Positions 38,869 to 48,473 are shown, numbered from the stretch's first letter. The stretch is 64,000 nt of DNA from Candidatus Latescibacterota bacterium (GCA_965217585.1 OZ244561.1:2688001-2752000); one strand, 5' to 3'. Numbers and translations are program-made. The notes: generated by a model from the letters alone, not told the origin.

Positions 38869-38984
38869 CTACCCTTCAAAAGCGAGCACGCGCAGCGGAA
38901 TGGCGTCGGTTCCAGCCGCCGGTAGCGGCTGGGCAAAAAGGTAAACGCGGGGTTGTAGTAGGTCGCCTAAGCGGTCTAGGCTCT
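38869..38984. repeat. degenerate copy of the cyclase gene 3' end (40264-40379); right boundary of the island
   Basis: CTACCCTTCAAAAGCGAG...CCTAAGCGGTCTAGGCTCT aligns with 40264-40379. Confidence 0.9.
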
Positions 38985-39023
38985 TAAACAGGATTATCTA
39001 GATCGTCGTAAGGAGTACGCACC

Positions 39024-39209
39024 ATGAGTGATGTAGAAAAGTATATTGCAGAAAGAAAGAAGACCGATCCTGAGTTTGCAGAAGGCTTTGAGGAAGGATA
39101 TAAGGAATTCGAATTCGGCGTTTTGCTGCGTCAAGCCAAGGAGGAATCCGGCTTAACGCAGGAGCAACTCGCCAAGTTAATGCACACTAGCGGACACGGC
39201 GACACCTGA
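39024..39209 (+). pseudogene. truncated HigA-like XRE HTH antitoxin, preceded by a possible toxin C-terminal remnant
   Basis: MSDVEKYI..RK..DPEFAEGFEEGY..F..GVLLRQA.EE.GLTQEQLA breaks off before the recognition helix, where the Ldh repeat starts. Upstream KQDYLDRRKEYAP* overlaps it via ATGA. Confidence 0.75.
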
Positions 39210-39367
39210 ATCGCGCAAACCAAAATTTTCAAGTGCCACGCGGGCATTTACGATTGTGGCGATTGACGTGGCGCAATTGGGCGATCGACATGTTGCAGCG
39301 CATTGCCACGGAGATCAATGTCCCCGTTCCCTGGGAGTCATAAACGGACAATAACACGGCGATGCGA
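39188..39367. repeat. degenerate, internally deleted copy of the Ldh_2 gene 3' end and its downstream spacer (28510-28846)
   Basis: TAGCGG.CACGGCGAC.CCTGAATCGCGCAAACC...GGGCGAT joined to CGACATGTTGCAGCG...TAACACGGCGATGCGA; 28608-28765 is missing from the copy. Confidence 0.9.
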
Positions 39368-39374
39368 GAGAAGG

Positions 39375-40229
39375 TTAAAGACCGTACCACTCTCTCGGGG
39401 CCGTAGGGTGAAAGTCATAGCGCTCGACGCCGAGCGCCTGAAGAACGCCGCGCTCGACGAGAGAAAAGTCGGCAGGATCCTCGCGGTTGAAGCGTAGGGG
39501 TTTTTTGAGGGCGACAGGGGGATTGGTCATGAAGCGGGGGCGACCCGAGTGATTGGGGGAGGAGGCATGGAGGGTAAAAGGGTGGAGAAGGGTCAGATCG
39601 CCGGTCTGGCCGGTAAGCTCAATGAAGTCTTGGCACTGGTCGATGAGAAAGCTACAGGCCCCCGGATCGACGCCCTCGGGATGGTCGGCGAGGTAGCGGG
39701 CAACGTGTCTGAAGGAATCGCAGGCGACGAAGGTGCCGCCGGACTTGGGAGGGGTATCGGTCCATTGGAGGACGACCAATAGGGCTTGTTCGGGGCTGTC
39801 TAAGAAATGGCGGAAGAAGCTGCCGTCCTTGTGCCAGTGGGCCGTGTTGGAGGCCGGGGGTTGCCAAGGGGTATCGGCACCATAGTGGAAGTTGATGATG
39901 AAAGCGTCGGACCAGTGGAAGGATTCGACCGAAGAGAAATGCTTGGTTTCTAGTCGGCGAATGGCGAGATCGATGCGGTCCTCGCCGCCGAGTACATCGC
40001 AGGTCGCGCCCCAAGCTCGGGGGCAAAGGTCCTTCACTTTGAATCTGTGAGCGTGATCTAAGTAGCGGATCGGCTCGGTCCAGGTGGCGGGATCTTCGGG
40101 GTCGTAGCCCAAGCGCTCATAGGCGTGGTCAATGAGCGGCTGGGCGAAGTCGCGGGTGAAGCAGCCGGGGATGGTGACGTAGCCCTTGGCGAGAAAGTGG
40201 TCGGCTTCGGCGGGCGTGAGGGTTTGCAT
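39375..40229 (-). CDS. phytanoyl-CoA dioxygenase (PhyH) family protein
   Basis: HFLAKGYV, WHKD, GGT and LHASSPN...PRFMTN; start MQTLTPAE. Confidence 0.85.
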   Translation of the reverse strand: MQTLTPAEADHFLAKGYVTIPGCFTRDFAQPLIDHAYERLGYDPEDPATWTEPIRYLDHAHRFKVKDLCPRAWGATCDVLGGEDRIDLAIRRLETKHFSSVESFHWSDAFIINFHYGADTPWQPPASNTAHWHKDGSFFRHFLDSPEQALLVVLQWTDTPPKSGGTFVACDSFRHVARYLADHPEGVDPGACSFLIDQCQDFIELTGQTGDLTLLHPFTLHASSPNHSGRPRFMTNPPVALKKPLRFNREDPADFSLVERGVLQALGVERYDFHPTAPREWYGL

Positions 40230-40263
40230 GGCCAACGGCGGGAATCTCCAGTGCGGACCACAG

Positions 40264-40929
40264 CTACCCTTCAAAAGCGAGTACGCGCAGCGGAATGGCG
40301 TCGGTTTCGGCTGCCGGTAGCGGCTGGGCGAAAAGGTAAACGCGCGGTTGTCGCAGGTCTCCTAAGCGGTCCAGGCTCTCGATTAGGGGAATGCCGTGCG
40401 CGAAGAGCAGGTGGTGGTTGGGCAGGCTGCGGTCGCCCGGAATGTCTAGGCCGGGCGTGTCGATGCCGACCAGTTTGACGCCTGCCTCGACGAGCCAGCG
40501 CAAGGCTGCGGTCGAGGGGTAAGGCGGATAGGCACCAGCGGTAGCCCGTTGATCCCAGTCAAAGCGAAAAAGTGCGATGTCCCTCGGGCGGACGCCTCCA
40601 CCTGGGTCGGCGGCCCGTTGGAGTTGCTCCGGTGAAAGCGGCTCGCCCAGCGGGGCATCACTAAAGTCGAAGACGATCGCCTCGCCGAAAAAGCGCTCGA
40701 CATCGAGGTCGGCGATGGCTGGGCCGTCTTGTACGGCGTGTAAAGGCCCTTCGACATGGGTACCGGCGTGCCCGCCCATGTCGATGCTGGTGGTGATATA
40801 CCAGCGGTCGGTCGGCGGGTCGTCAACGGGTACGCGCACCGTGCGGTAGTGGATGAGGCGACCTTCCGACGGAGTGATGGTCCGCGAAAGATCTACCATG
40901 CGGCTGTAGGCGAAGGAGGGGACCTTCAC
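40264..40929 (-). CDS. cyclase family protein (kynurenine formamidase-like metal-dependent hydrolase)
   Basis: VDLSR, H.GTHVEGP.H, VGIDT, H..L...GIPLIE and P.RVLA. Confidence 0.88.
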   Translation of the reverse strand: MKVPSFAYSRMVDLSRTITPSEGRLIHYRTVRVPVDDPPTDRWYITTSIDMGGHAGTHVEGPLHAVQDGPAIADLDVERFFGEAIVFDFSDAPLGEPLSPEQLQRAADPGGGVRPRDIALFRFDWDQRATAGAYPPYPSTAALRWLVEAGVKLVGIDTPGLDIPGDRSLPNHHLLFAHGIPLIESLDRLGDLRQPRVYLFAQPLPAAETDAIPLRVLAFEG

Positions 40930-41708
40930 GCGATGGCTTTCTTGAGGGTGGTCGCGGTCTCGCCGTCGTCGGCATAGGCCGGCAGGTCGCCACTCAGCGT
41001 TACGCGCCCATCGTAGCCGGATGCGCGCAACGCGTGCAGAAAGAGCGCATGGTCGGCCGGCGTGGTTTGCGGTCGGCCGCGCCCCGGCTCGGCAATGTGG
41101 GCGTGGATCAGGTGCGGCCCGGCTTCTTTGAGCGCGTCGAAGGACTCGCCGTTGAGCTTCATGTGGAAGAAGTCGGCCATCAGCTTGGCATGAGAGCGGT
41201 CAACTTCCTTGATAAACTCGGTCGCTTCGGAGACGGTATTGAGCAGGTTGGCGTCATCGCGGTTATAAGGCTCGAGTGCGACCTTGACGCCCCTCGGTTC
41301 GCCGAGGTCGGCGCACAGGTGCAAAAAGTCGCCGACCTGTTGGCGTGCTCTGTTGCGGTCGAAACCGTCGGGTACCCAGCGCGAGCCACCGCTCCCGTAG
41401 CCGATGACCTCGACTCCAGCCCGTTGCATAAGGTCGAAGACCCGCGTGACAAAAGTACGCAGCCGATCCAAGCTCACGTCGGGGCCGACGACCATCAGCC
41501 CGCGCCCCTGCGGGTCGCCAATAAAGCCGCACATCGTCTTCATCTGGAGCGGGTGCTTTTCCAAAAGCGCTAAGAACTCGCGCTCGGTCGCTTGTGGGTC
41601 GTCGGCATCGATACCGAGCAGACCGGGGGAGCCTTCGAGGTAGTCGAAGTCCCAGTCGGCGGACTCTTCAAGCTCTTGACGATTGGTAACTAAGAGGCCG
41701 ATTTGCAT
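40926..41708 (-). CDS. sugar phosphate isomerase/epimerase
   Basis: GSGGSR.VP.G, ALEPYN, ADFFHM and HAHIAE; start MQIGLL. Confidence 0.85.
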   Translation of the reverse strand: MQIGLLVTNRQELEESADWDFDYLEGSPGLLGIDADDPQATEREFLALLEKHPLQMKTMCGFIGDPQGRGLMVVGPDVSLDRLRTFVTRVFDLMQRAGVEVIGYGSGGSRWVPDGFDRNRARQQVGDFLHLCADLGEPRGVKVALEPYNRDDANLLNTVSEATEFIKEVDRSHAKLMADFFHMKLNGESFDALKEAGPHLIHAHIAEPGRGRPQTTPADHALFLHALRASGYDGRVTLSGDLPAYADDGETATTLKKAIA

Positions 41709-41710
41709 GA

Positions 41711-42799
41711 CTATTTGTCCCTGATCCAACTCATGCCCTCGCCACGCACCAGAAAGGAGCGCTCGTCCCAATGGCCGGGCCGGGTGACGGGCATACGGCC
41801 CTCCTCGACGGCGACGTCGAGCGGGTTGGCGCGGGTTTGCAACGGCAGGGCCACGCGCTCGTGCAGCCTAGCCGACTCATAGACGCCCATCATGATCTCG
41901 GTGGCAGCCTTGCCGTGTTCGGCCTTGCCATAGTAGTCCTCAAAGTCGCCCTCGATCCAGCGGCAGATTCCGTAGGCCTGGTCGACGAAGGCGTTGCCGT
42001 AGCCGCTGGCTTTGTCGGTGGGCGCGAAGTCCTGCCAGCCGTTGGAGTTGGTCGTCATGTAGCGCAGGCTGTTGTCGCTGACGACCATCATGCCGTTTTC
42101 GCCGTAGATGGTCGCCCCCACCTGATAAATATCGTTCATCTCGTTTTCGATCACGCCTTCGACCCCGTCGGGATAGCCGATGATCCCCACGCAGCGATCT
42201 TCGACCCGGTGGCCGAAGACAAAGTGATCGGTGTGGCGCTCGACCGAGCCCATGACCCACTCGGCCTGCGGATCGCCGAGGGCGTAGAGCTGGAAGTCGA
42301 TGCAGTGGGTGCCGGTGTTCATCATCCCGGCCTTGACCGCCGACCACAGCCGCTGCGGCTTGCCGATGGCTCCGTCGGCGATCATCCGCCGCGCCTCGCG
42401 CCAACAAGAGTAAAAGCGGCGCTGGTGGCCGATGGCCAGTTTGACGTCGTTGCGCTGAGCAGCGATGACCATGGCCTCGGCCTCGCCCAAGGAAACGGCC
42501 ATGGGCTTTTCGCAGAGGACGGCTTTGGGCCGGCGGGCGCAGGCAGCGATGGACATTTCCGCGTGCTGGGGGTCCCAAGAGCAAACGCTGACGATGTCGA
42601 GGTTTTCCACGTCGAGCATCTCGCGGTAGTCGAGATACTGCTTTTCGACGTTGAAATCCGCGGCGTAGCTGGCTAAGGCTTCGGGATGCGTATCGGCGAT
42701 GGCGGCTATTTCAGTGTGTTCGCACTCGGCCCAACCGCGGCCGTGCTCGCGGGCAATGCGGCCGGAGGCAATGACGCCAACGCGATATTTGGCGGGCAT
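41711..42799 (-). CDS. Gfo/Idh/MocA family oxidoreductase
   Basis: GVIASGRIA, LCEKPMA, HQRRF and GTHCID. Confidence 0.9.
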   Translation of the reverse strand: MPAKYRVGVIASGRIAREHGRGWAECEHTEIAAIADTHPEALASYAADFNVEKQYLDYREMLDVENLDIVSVCSWDPQHAEMSIAACARRPKAVLCEKPMAVSLGEAEAMVIAAQRNDVKLAIGHQRRFYSCWREARRMIADGAIGKPQRLWSAVKAGMMNTGTHCIDFQLYALGDPQAEWVMGSVERHTDHFVFGHRVEDRCVGIIGYPDGVEGVIENEMNDIYQVGATIYGENGMMVVSDNSLRYMTTNSNGWQDFAPTDKASGYGNAFVDQAYGICRWIEGDFEDYYGKAEHGKAATEIMMGVYESARLHERVALPLQTRANPLDVAVEEGRMPVTRPGHWDERSFLVRGEGMSWIRDK

Positions 42800-42861
42800 A
42801 GAGTCCTTTCGGCTTGAATGCGAAGTCGCCTTCCGTCCGGTTCGTTTCTATAGCCAACTTC

Positions 42862-42886
42862 GGGCAACCACAGGGGTTGCCCCTAC
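42862..42886 (-). repeat. GTAG-type REP-like palindrome
   Basis: Minus strand reads GTAGGGGCAACCCCTGTGGTTGCCC: GTAG followed by a hairpin. Confidence 0.6.
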
Positions 42887-43797
42887 TTGACGTCGCCTAG
42901 GTGCATCAGCGGCAGCGGTGCCGGGCTATCGCCGTTGAGGAAGTAGATCTTGGCGGCCGGGTCCTTGGAGATGGCTTGCAGGGCTTCGAGCGCCTGGAGC
43001 TTGACGTAGTTGGGATTTTTGCCGATGGCATCGTTGATCTTGGTGATCTCGTAGGCCCGGGCGTCAGCGAGCAGGCGACGCTTCTCGGCTTCGGCTGAGG
43101 CGGCGTCCTTTTCGGCTATGGCTAGGGCGATTTTCTGCTGCTGCTCGGTGTCGTAGCGCTCGAGCTCGGCCTTTTGTTTTTCGACCTCCTGCTCGCGCTC
43201 CTTCTTGGACTCAATGGCCTTAGTGATAAAGGGCGGCAATGTGATATCGCGGATCAGCACGGCCTCTACCGCGACCCCCTTGGTACCCAGATAGTCCTTC
43301 AACCCTTCGAGTAGCGCTATCTGCAGGGTGTTCTGGGTCTCTTCGAGGAAGAAGTCCTCGGCGCGCCTGATGGTCTTGCCCTGTTCGCGGATCTGCGAGC
43401 GCAGCTTAGGCACGATGTGTACGGCGAGCACGTCGTTGATAGAGCCGGTCTCTTTTAAGATACTTGGCGCTTGGTGGCCGACGATGCGATACTGGACGCT
43501 GACGTCGATTTTGGTCTGTAGCTGGTCCTGGCTGGGGACGTTGGAGGTTTCGGAGTGGGTCTTCTGGCGCACGTCGTAGAAGTACCATTGGTAGAGCGGG
43601 TTGACGGGGATGTGCAGGCCTTCGGTGAAGTGGGTGGGCTGGACTTCGCCGAAGAGGGTGGCGACGGCCACGTGGCCGGCCGGGACGCTTTGGTAGAAGC
43701 GCGGGCTGATGAGGAAGACGAGGAAGACGGCGACGATGATGGCGATGATGGACTTAGGGAGCTGGATCATGGGGGGCCTCCTTACGGGCTGGGACAT
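42883..43797 (-). CDS. SPFH/prohibitin (band 7) membrane protein
   Basis: N-terminal TM; G...FG.V, EGLH..NP, VLIRDITLP, AIE.K, then coiled coil. Confidence 0.88.
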   Translation of the reverse strand: MSQPVRRPPMIQLPKSIIAIIVAVFLVFLISPRFYQSVPAGHVAVATLFGEVQPTHFTEGLHIPVNPLYQWYFYDVRQKTHSETSNVPSQDQLQTKIDVSVQYRIVGHQAPSILKETGSINDVLAVHIVPKLRSQIREQGKTIRRAEDFFLEETQNTLQIALLEGLKDYLGTKGVAVEAVLIRDITLPPFITKAIESKKEREQEVEKQKAELERYDTEQQQKIALAIAEKDAASAEAEKRRLLADARAYEITKINDAIGKNPNYVKLQALEALQAISKDPAAKIYFLNGDSPAPLPLMHLGDVK

Positions 43798-43916
43798 TTC
43801 TTCCTACCTTTAATCGGGTGGGAGGGAGATCAGTAGCCTAGAAGGTAAATCCTTCACCTATAAATGTCCATTAAAACACCCAAGCCTACATACTCGGCTG
43901 CAAACGGGCGGACCTC

Positions 43917-45296
43917 GTGCTCCTGACCATAAGTACGGTCCATCAGCCCGCCACGGACTTAGGCTATCTCCTGCACAAGCACCCAGGCCGCGCCCAAGCC
44001 CTTGAATTGCCCTTTGGGACGGCACACGTCTTCTATCCAGAAGCCTCGTCTGAGCGATGCACGGCCGCGTTGCTCCTCGACGTAGATCCAACCGCGCTCA
44101 AGCGGAGTTCGGCATCCCCCGACTTCGCGCTGGCGTCTTATGTCAACGATCGTCCCTACGCGGCCTCTTCTTTTACCAGCGTAGCCATTGCCCGAGTGTT
44201 TACCTCGGCCTTGAACGGACAGTGCCGAGACCGAGCCGAGCTAGTAGACCAGGCCCTGCCGTTGCGAGTCGGCGTTAGCGCGCTGCCCTGCCGGGGGGGC
44301 GAGGACTTGTTGCGCGGCCTCTTTGAGCCGTTGGGATATGCGGTGGAGGCTAGGGGCTTTTTGCTCGACGAGCATTTTCCAGAGTGGGGAAACGGCCCCT
44401 ATTACGAGGTCGAGCTACAGTGCGTGCGGCCATTAAAAGAAGTGCTGGCGCATTTGTATGTGCTGATACCGGTGCTCGACGACGAGAAGCACTACTACGT
44501 GGGGGAGGAAGAGATCGACAAGCTGATGAGGCGAGGCGGGGAATGGCTGGCAGGCCACCCGCTGCGCGATCTAGTCGTCGAGCGCTACCTAAAGCACCAG
44601 CGAGGTCTGAAGCAGGCCGCGCTGTCGCGGCTTTTGGTAGAGGAAGCAGGGGAGGCCGAAAACCACGCGGGCGAAGAGGCACTCGAAGCGGAGCTGAGCT
44701 TGAACCAACAGCGCTTGGCCGCCGTGTTCGAGGTGCTCAAGGCGAGCGGTGCCCGGCGGGTGCTGGACCTCGGCTGTGGAGAGGGGCGACTGCTCGCGCT
44801 GTTGGCGGCGGAAGTGCAGTTCACCGAAGTGGCGGGGATGGATGTGTCGCCGCAAGCCCTGTCGCGCGCTCGTCGGCGGCTAGAGAGGCTACCCCGCGGC
44901 GAACAGGTCTCGGTTTTTCAAGGGTCGCTGGCCTATCGCGATGCCCGGTTGAGCGGGTACGACGCCGCGGCGCTGGTGGAGGTCGTCGAGCATTTAGATC
45001 CGCCGCAGCTACGGGCCTGCGAGCGGACCGTGTTCGAGTTCGCCCGCCCCGCTACGGTAGTGATAACCACTCCCAACGCCGAATACAACGCCCATTGGGA
45101 CGCGCTGCCGGCCGGTGCATTCCGCCATCCCGACCACCGCTTTGAATGGCGGCGAGCGGAATTCGGGGCTTGGGCCGAGCAGGTGGGGAAGCGCTATGGA
45201 TATGCCGTTCGCATGGCGCCCGTCGGCCCGGAGGACCCCGAGCTAGGCGCGCCGACGCAAATGGCGATTTTCTCTGCGGAGGGCACTGGTGGCTGA
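43917..45296 (+). CDS. hen1: 3'-terminal RNA ribose 2'-O-methyltransferase Hen1
   Basis: MLLTIST...PATDLGYLLHKHP, YVNDRPY, VLDLGCGEG, EVVEH and FRH.DHRFEW. Confidence 0.95.
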   Translation: MLLTISTVHQPATDLGYLLHKHPGRAQALELPFGTAHVFYPEASSERCTAALLLDVDPTALKRSSASPDFALASYVNDRPYAASSFTSVAIARVFTSALNGQCRDRAELVDQALPLRVGVSALPCRGGEDLLRGLFEPLGYAVEARGFLLDEHFPEWGNGPYYEVELQCVRPLKEVLAHLYVLIPVLDDEKHYYVGEEEIDKLMRRGGEWLAGHPLRDLVVERYLKHQRGLKQAALSRLLVEEAGEAENHAGEEALEAELSLNQQRLAAVFEVLKASGARRVLDLGCGEGRLLALLAAEVQFTEVAGMDVSPQALSRARRRLERLPRGEQVSVFQGSLAYRDARLSGYDAAALVEVVEHLDPPQLRACERTVFEFARPATVVITTPNAEYNAHWDALPAGAFRHPDHRFEWRRAEFGAWAEQVGKRYGYAVRMAPVGPEDPELGAPTQMAIFSAEGTGG

Positions 45297-47814
45297 CGAG
45301 AAAATCCGCCTCTCGATACCCGACCTCTCGCTGGTGGTGCTAATCGGCGTTTCTAGCGCGGGCAAATCGACCTTCGCCCGCGAGCACTTCCTCCCGACCG
45401 AAGTGCTTTCCGCTGACTTTTTTCGCGGAGTGGTCGCAGACGACGAAAACAGCTTAGAGGCCACGGACGATGCGTTTGCCGCTCTGCACTTTGTCGCCGC
45501 CCGCCGCTTGGCACGGGGCCTTTTGACCGTGGTAGATGCGACCAACGTGCAGCCCGAGGCGCGGAAGCCGCTGGTGGCGCTGGCCAAGCGCTATCACGCC
45601 CAGCCGGTGGCCATCGTCTTCAACCTGCCTCGGGCGCTCTGCGAGGAGCGCGCGGCCGGGCGTACAGACCGCGACTTGCCTCCCCACGTGATCCCCCGGC
45701 AACACAGTCAGCTACGCCGCGGCCTCAAGGGCCTCAAGCGCGAGGGCTTTCGCCGCTCCTTTGCGCTGCGCTCGCCCGCAGACGTGGCGCGGGTCGAAGT
45801 GGTGCGAGAGAAACTGTGGCCCGACCGCCGCGAGGAGCGCGGTCCGTTTGACATCATCGGCGATGTGCACGGGTGTTGTGCCGAACTCGAAGCCCTGCTC
45901 GACCGGCTAGGGTATCGCATCTCAGAGGGAAAGGTGGAGCCGCCGCCGGGGCACAAGGCCGTCTTTGTCGGCGATCTGGTGGACCGTGGACCCAATGCCC
46001 CCGGCGTTCTCGCGCTGGTCATGCGCATGGTGGAGTCGGGCGCGGCCCTGTGCGTGCCGGGCAATCACGACGCGCGCTTGGTCCGGGCCTTGCAAGGCAG
46101 AAAGGTCCAGCGCACGCACGGCTTGGAGGAGACGCTCGCCCAACTCGCCGACGAGACGGCGGAGTTCAAGAAAAAAGTCGAGACCTTTCTCGGCGGCCTA
46201 GTCAGCCACTACGTCCTCGACGGAGGTGCGCTGGTGGTAGCGCACGCTGGTATGAAGGAGGAAATGGCCGGCCGCGCCTCCGGGGCCGTGCGGGCGTTTG
46301 CCCTGTACGGGGACCCGACGGGCGAGGAGGACGAATTTGGCTTGCCGGTGCGCCGCGATTGGGCGGCTGAGTATCGGGGCCGCGCCCGCGTCGTCTATGG
46401 CCACACGCCTGTGGCGCAGTCGGAGTGGGTCAACAACGCGATCAACATCGACACCGGCTGCGTCTTTGGCGGCGCACTGACGGCGCTGCGCTATCCCGAG
46501 TTGGAACTCGTATCAGTCCCGGCCAAGGCGCAGTACGCCGACCCGGTCCGCCCCTTGGCGGTGCAACAGACGCGCGACGATGTACTCGACTTGGCGGATG
46601 TGGCCGGGGGCCGGCGGGTGGAGACGCGGTTGATGGGCCGAGTTACCGTCCATGCAGAGCGGGCGGCCGCGGCGCTGGAGGTGATGAGCCGCTTTGCAGT
46701 TGATCACCGGTGGCTGATCTATCTGCCGCCGACGATGGCCCCGCCCCAAACCAGCACCCGCCCTGACTTGCTCGAACACCCGGACGAGGTCTTGGCGTAC
46801 TATCGCCGCTGCGGCGTGCGCGAGCTCATCTGTGAGGAGAAGCAAATGGGCTCGCGGGCCGTGTTGGTCGTTTGCCGCGACCCGGTGACAGCGCAGCGGC
46901 GCTTTGGGGTCGAGGACGGCAGCGCGGGCATTTGCTACACGCGCACGGGCCGCCGTTTTTTCACGGATACGGCTTTGGAAGCGGGGCTCTTGGACCACGT
47001 GCGCCGGGCCTTTGAGCGCAGCGAGCTGTGGAATGCGCTGGCGACGGACTGGGCGGTACTCGACGCCGAGATCATGCCTTGGTCGGCCAAGGCGCAGCAG
47101 CTACTCGAAGACCAGTACGCAGCAGTGGGCGCGGCGGCGCGAATGTCGCTGGCAGCGGCCGTGGGCGCGCTGGAGCAGGCGGCCGCGCGGGGTATAGCCG
47201 TCGGCGAGCTGTTGAGCCGTTGCCGCAGCCGGGCCGAGTCCGTGGCGCGCTACGCAGCGGCCTATCGCCCCTATTGCTGGCCGGTGCACTCGCTCAAGGA
47301 TCTCAAATTGGCTCCTTTTCACCTCTTGGCCACGGAGGGGCAGGTCCACGTCAACCAGACCCACGCGTGGCATCTGGAGACCTTGGACAAGCTCTGCGCG
47401 GCCGAGCCGGATTTGCTGTGCCGGATAGATCGCCGGCGGGTGGTTTTGGACGATATGCACAGCAGCAGCGCAGCGGTCCAGTGGTGGGAAGAACTGACCG
47501 CAAGCGACAGCGAGGGTTTCGTCGCCAAGCCCTTGGACTTCGTCTGCACAGGCGGACGCGGCCTCGTCCAGCCGGCGCTTAAGTGCCGGGGCCGCGCGTA
47601 TCTGCGGCTGATCTACGGGCCTGAGTACACGGAGCGCCTAGACCTTTTGCGCCGCCGCAACCTCAAGGGCAAGCAGGCGTTGGCACTGCGGGAGTTCGCG
47701 CTGGGGGTGGAGGGTTTGGAGCGGTTCGTCGCCGGGCAGCCCTTGCGCCGGGTACACGAATGCGTCTTTGGGGTCTTGGCGTTGGAAAGCGAGCCGGTTG
47801 ACCCTCGGTTTTAG
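45289..47814 (+). CDS. pnkp: polynucleotide kinase-phosphatase-ligase Pnkp
   Basis: Kinase GVSSAGKST/DATN; phosphoesterase GDVHG, GDLVDRG, GNHD; ligase EEKQMGSR, EG.V.KP, KCRGR; terminal ESEPVDPR. Overlaps hen1. Confidence 0.95.
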   Translation: MADEKIRLSIPDLSLVVLIGVSSAGKSTFAREHFLPTEVLSADFFRGVVADDENSLEATDDAFAALHFVAARRLARGLLTVVDATNVQPEARKPLVALAKRYHAQPVAIVFNLPRALCEERAAGRTDRDLPPHVIPRQHSQLRRGLKGLKREGFRRSFALRSPADVARVEVVREKLWPDRREERGPFDIIGDVHGCCAELEALLDRLGYRISEGKVEPPPGHKAVFVGDLVDRGPNAPGVLALVMRMVESGAALCVPGNHDARLVRALQGRKVQRTHGLEETLAQLADETAEFKKKVETFLGGLVSHYVLDGGALVVAHAGMKEEMAGRASGAVRAFALYGDPTGEEDEFGLPVRRDWAAEYRGRARVVYGHTPVAQSEWVNNAINIDTGCVFGGALTALRYPELELVSVPAKAQYADPVRPLAVQQTRDDVLDLADVAGGRRVETRLMGRVTVHAERAAAALEVMSRFAVDHRWLIYLPPTMAPPQTSTRPDLLEHPDEVLAYYRRCGVRELICEEKQMGSRAVLVVCRDPVTAQRRFGVEDGSAGICYTRTGRRFFTDTALEAGLLDHVRRAFERSELWNALATDWAVLDAEIMPWSAKAQQLLEDQYAAVGAAARMSLAAAVGALEQAAARGIAVGELLSRCRSRAESVARYAAAYRPYCWPVHSLKDLKLAPFHLLATEGQVHVNQTHAWHLETLDKLCAAEPDLLCRIDRRRVVLDDMHSSSAAVQWWEELTASDSEGFVAKPLDFVCTGGRGLVQPALKCRGRAYLRLIYGPEYTERLDLLRRRNLKGKQALALREFALGVEGLERFVAGQPLRRVHECVFGVLALESEPVDPRF

Positions 47815-47886
47815 CAATGGGCCGCTTGCGCCGCAGCCCACTGTCTCGGTATTATCAAGTAGTTACGTCTCGACGGAGGACAGACC

Positions 47887-48456
47887 ATGATTACCATTAC
47901 TGAAGCAGCAGAACAGAAAATTGCCACCCTAGTCGCCGCGAGCGAAAAGCCGGTCAAGGGCCTGCGCATCGGTGCCCGCCTCGATCCCGCCAAGCAGGTT
48001 GACTACAAGCTGGCCTTCGTATCCGACCAGCAGGTAGGCAGCGACGATCAGGTTGCCCACTTTGAGGGCTTTGACGTGTACATAGATCCCGAAAGCGCCG
48101 ACCTGTTGGCGGAAGCCAGGGTGGATTACGTAGATGGGCTTATGGGTTCGGGCTTCAAGATCGAGCGCCCGCGCAAGATGCCCGCGCATCTGAGCGGCCC
48201 GGTGGCCGAGGCCGTCCACCGCGTCATTGAAACCCAAATCAACCCAGGCGTAGCCTCGCACGGCGGCGTGGTGACCTTAGTGGACATCAAGGGCAACACG
48301 GTCTTCGTGCAGATGGGCGGGGGCTGTCAGGGTTGTGGCCAAGCCGATGTGACGCTTAAACAGGGCATCATTCGCATGATCAAGGAAGCGGTGCCCGAGG
48401 TGGAGGCCGTAGAGGACGCGACGGATCACGCCTCGGGAGAAAACCCGTACTATTAG
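47887..48456 (+). CDS. nfuA: Fe-S cluster carrier NfuA-like (A-type-like plus NifU domain)
   Basis: MITITEAA, INP.VASHGG, GGGCQGC and DATDH.SGENPYY. Confidence 0.88.
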   Translation: MITITEAAEQKIATLVAASEKPVKGLRIGARLDPAKQVDYKLAFVSDQQVGSDDQVAHFEGFDVYIDPESADLLAEARVDYVDGLMGSGFKIERPRKMPAHLSGPVAEAVHRVIETQINPGVASHGGVVTLVDIKGNTVFVQMGGGCQGCGQADVTLKQGIIRMIKEAVPEVEAVEDATDHASGENPYY

Positions 48457-48473
48457 TCCCGAAGAGAGGATCT

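Larger units (their letters stand above)
28926..38904 (+). mobile_element. lower-GC genomic islet carrying the dynamin operon, bounded by 36-bp direct repeats; no integrase seen
   Basis: Compositional shift seen by eye; direct repeats at 28926-28961 and 38869-38904. Confidence 0.65.

Noticed and set aside
39303-39497. 64-aa + strand ORF
   Set aside because: Made of the Ldh repeat remnant and the antisense of the PhyH 3' end; no RBS or recognisable motif.
28926-40299. 36-bp repeats as a CRISPR array
   Set aside because: Only three copies, spaced ~10 kb and ~1.4 kb apart. One is coding sequence of the cyclase gene, and there are no cas genes.
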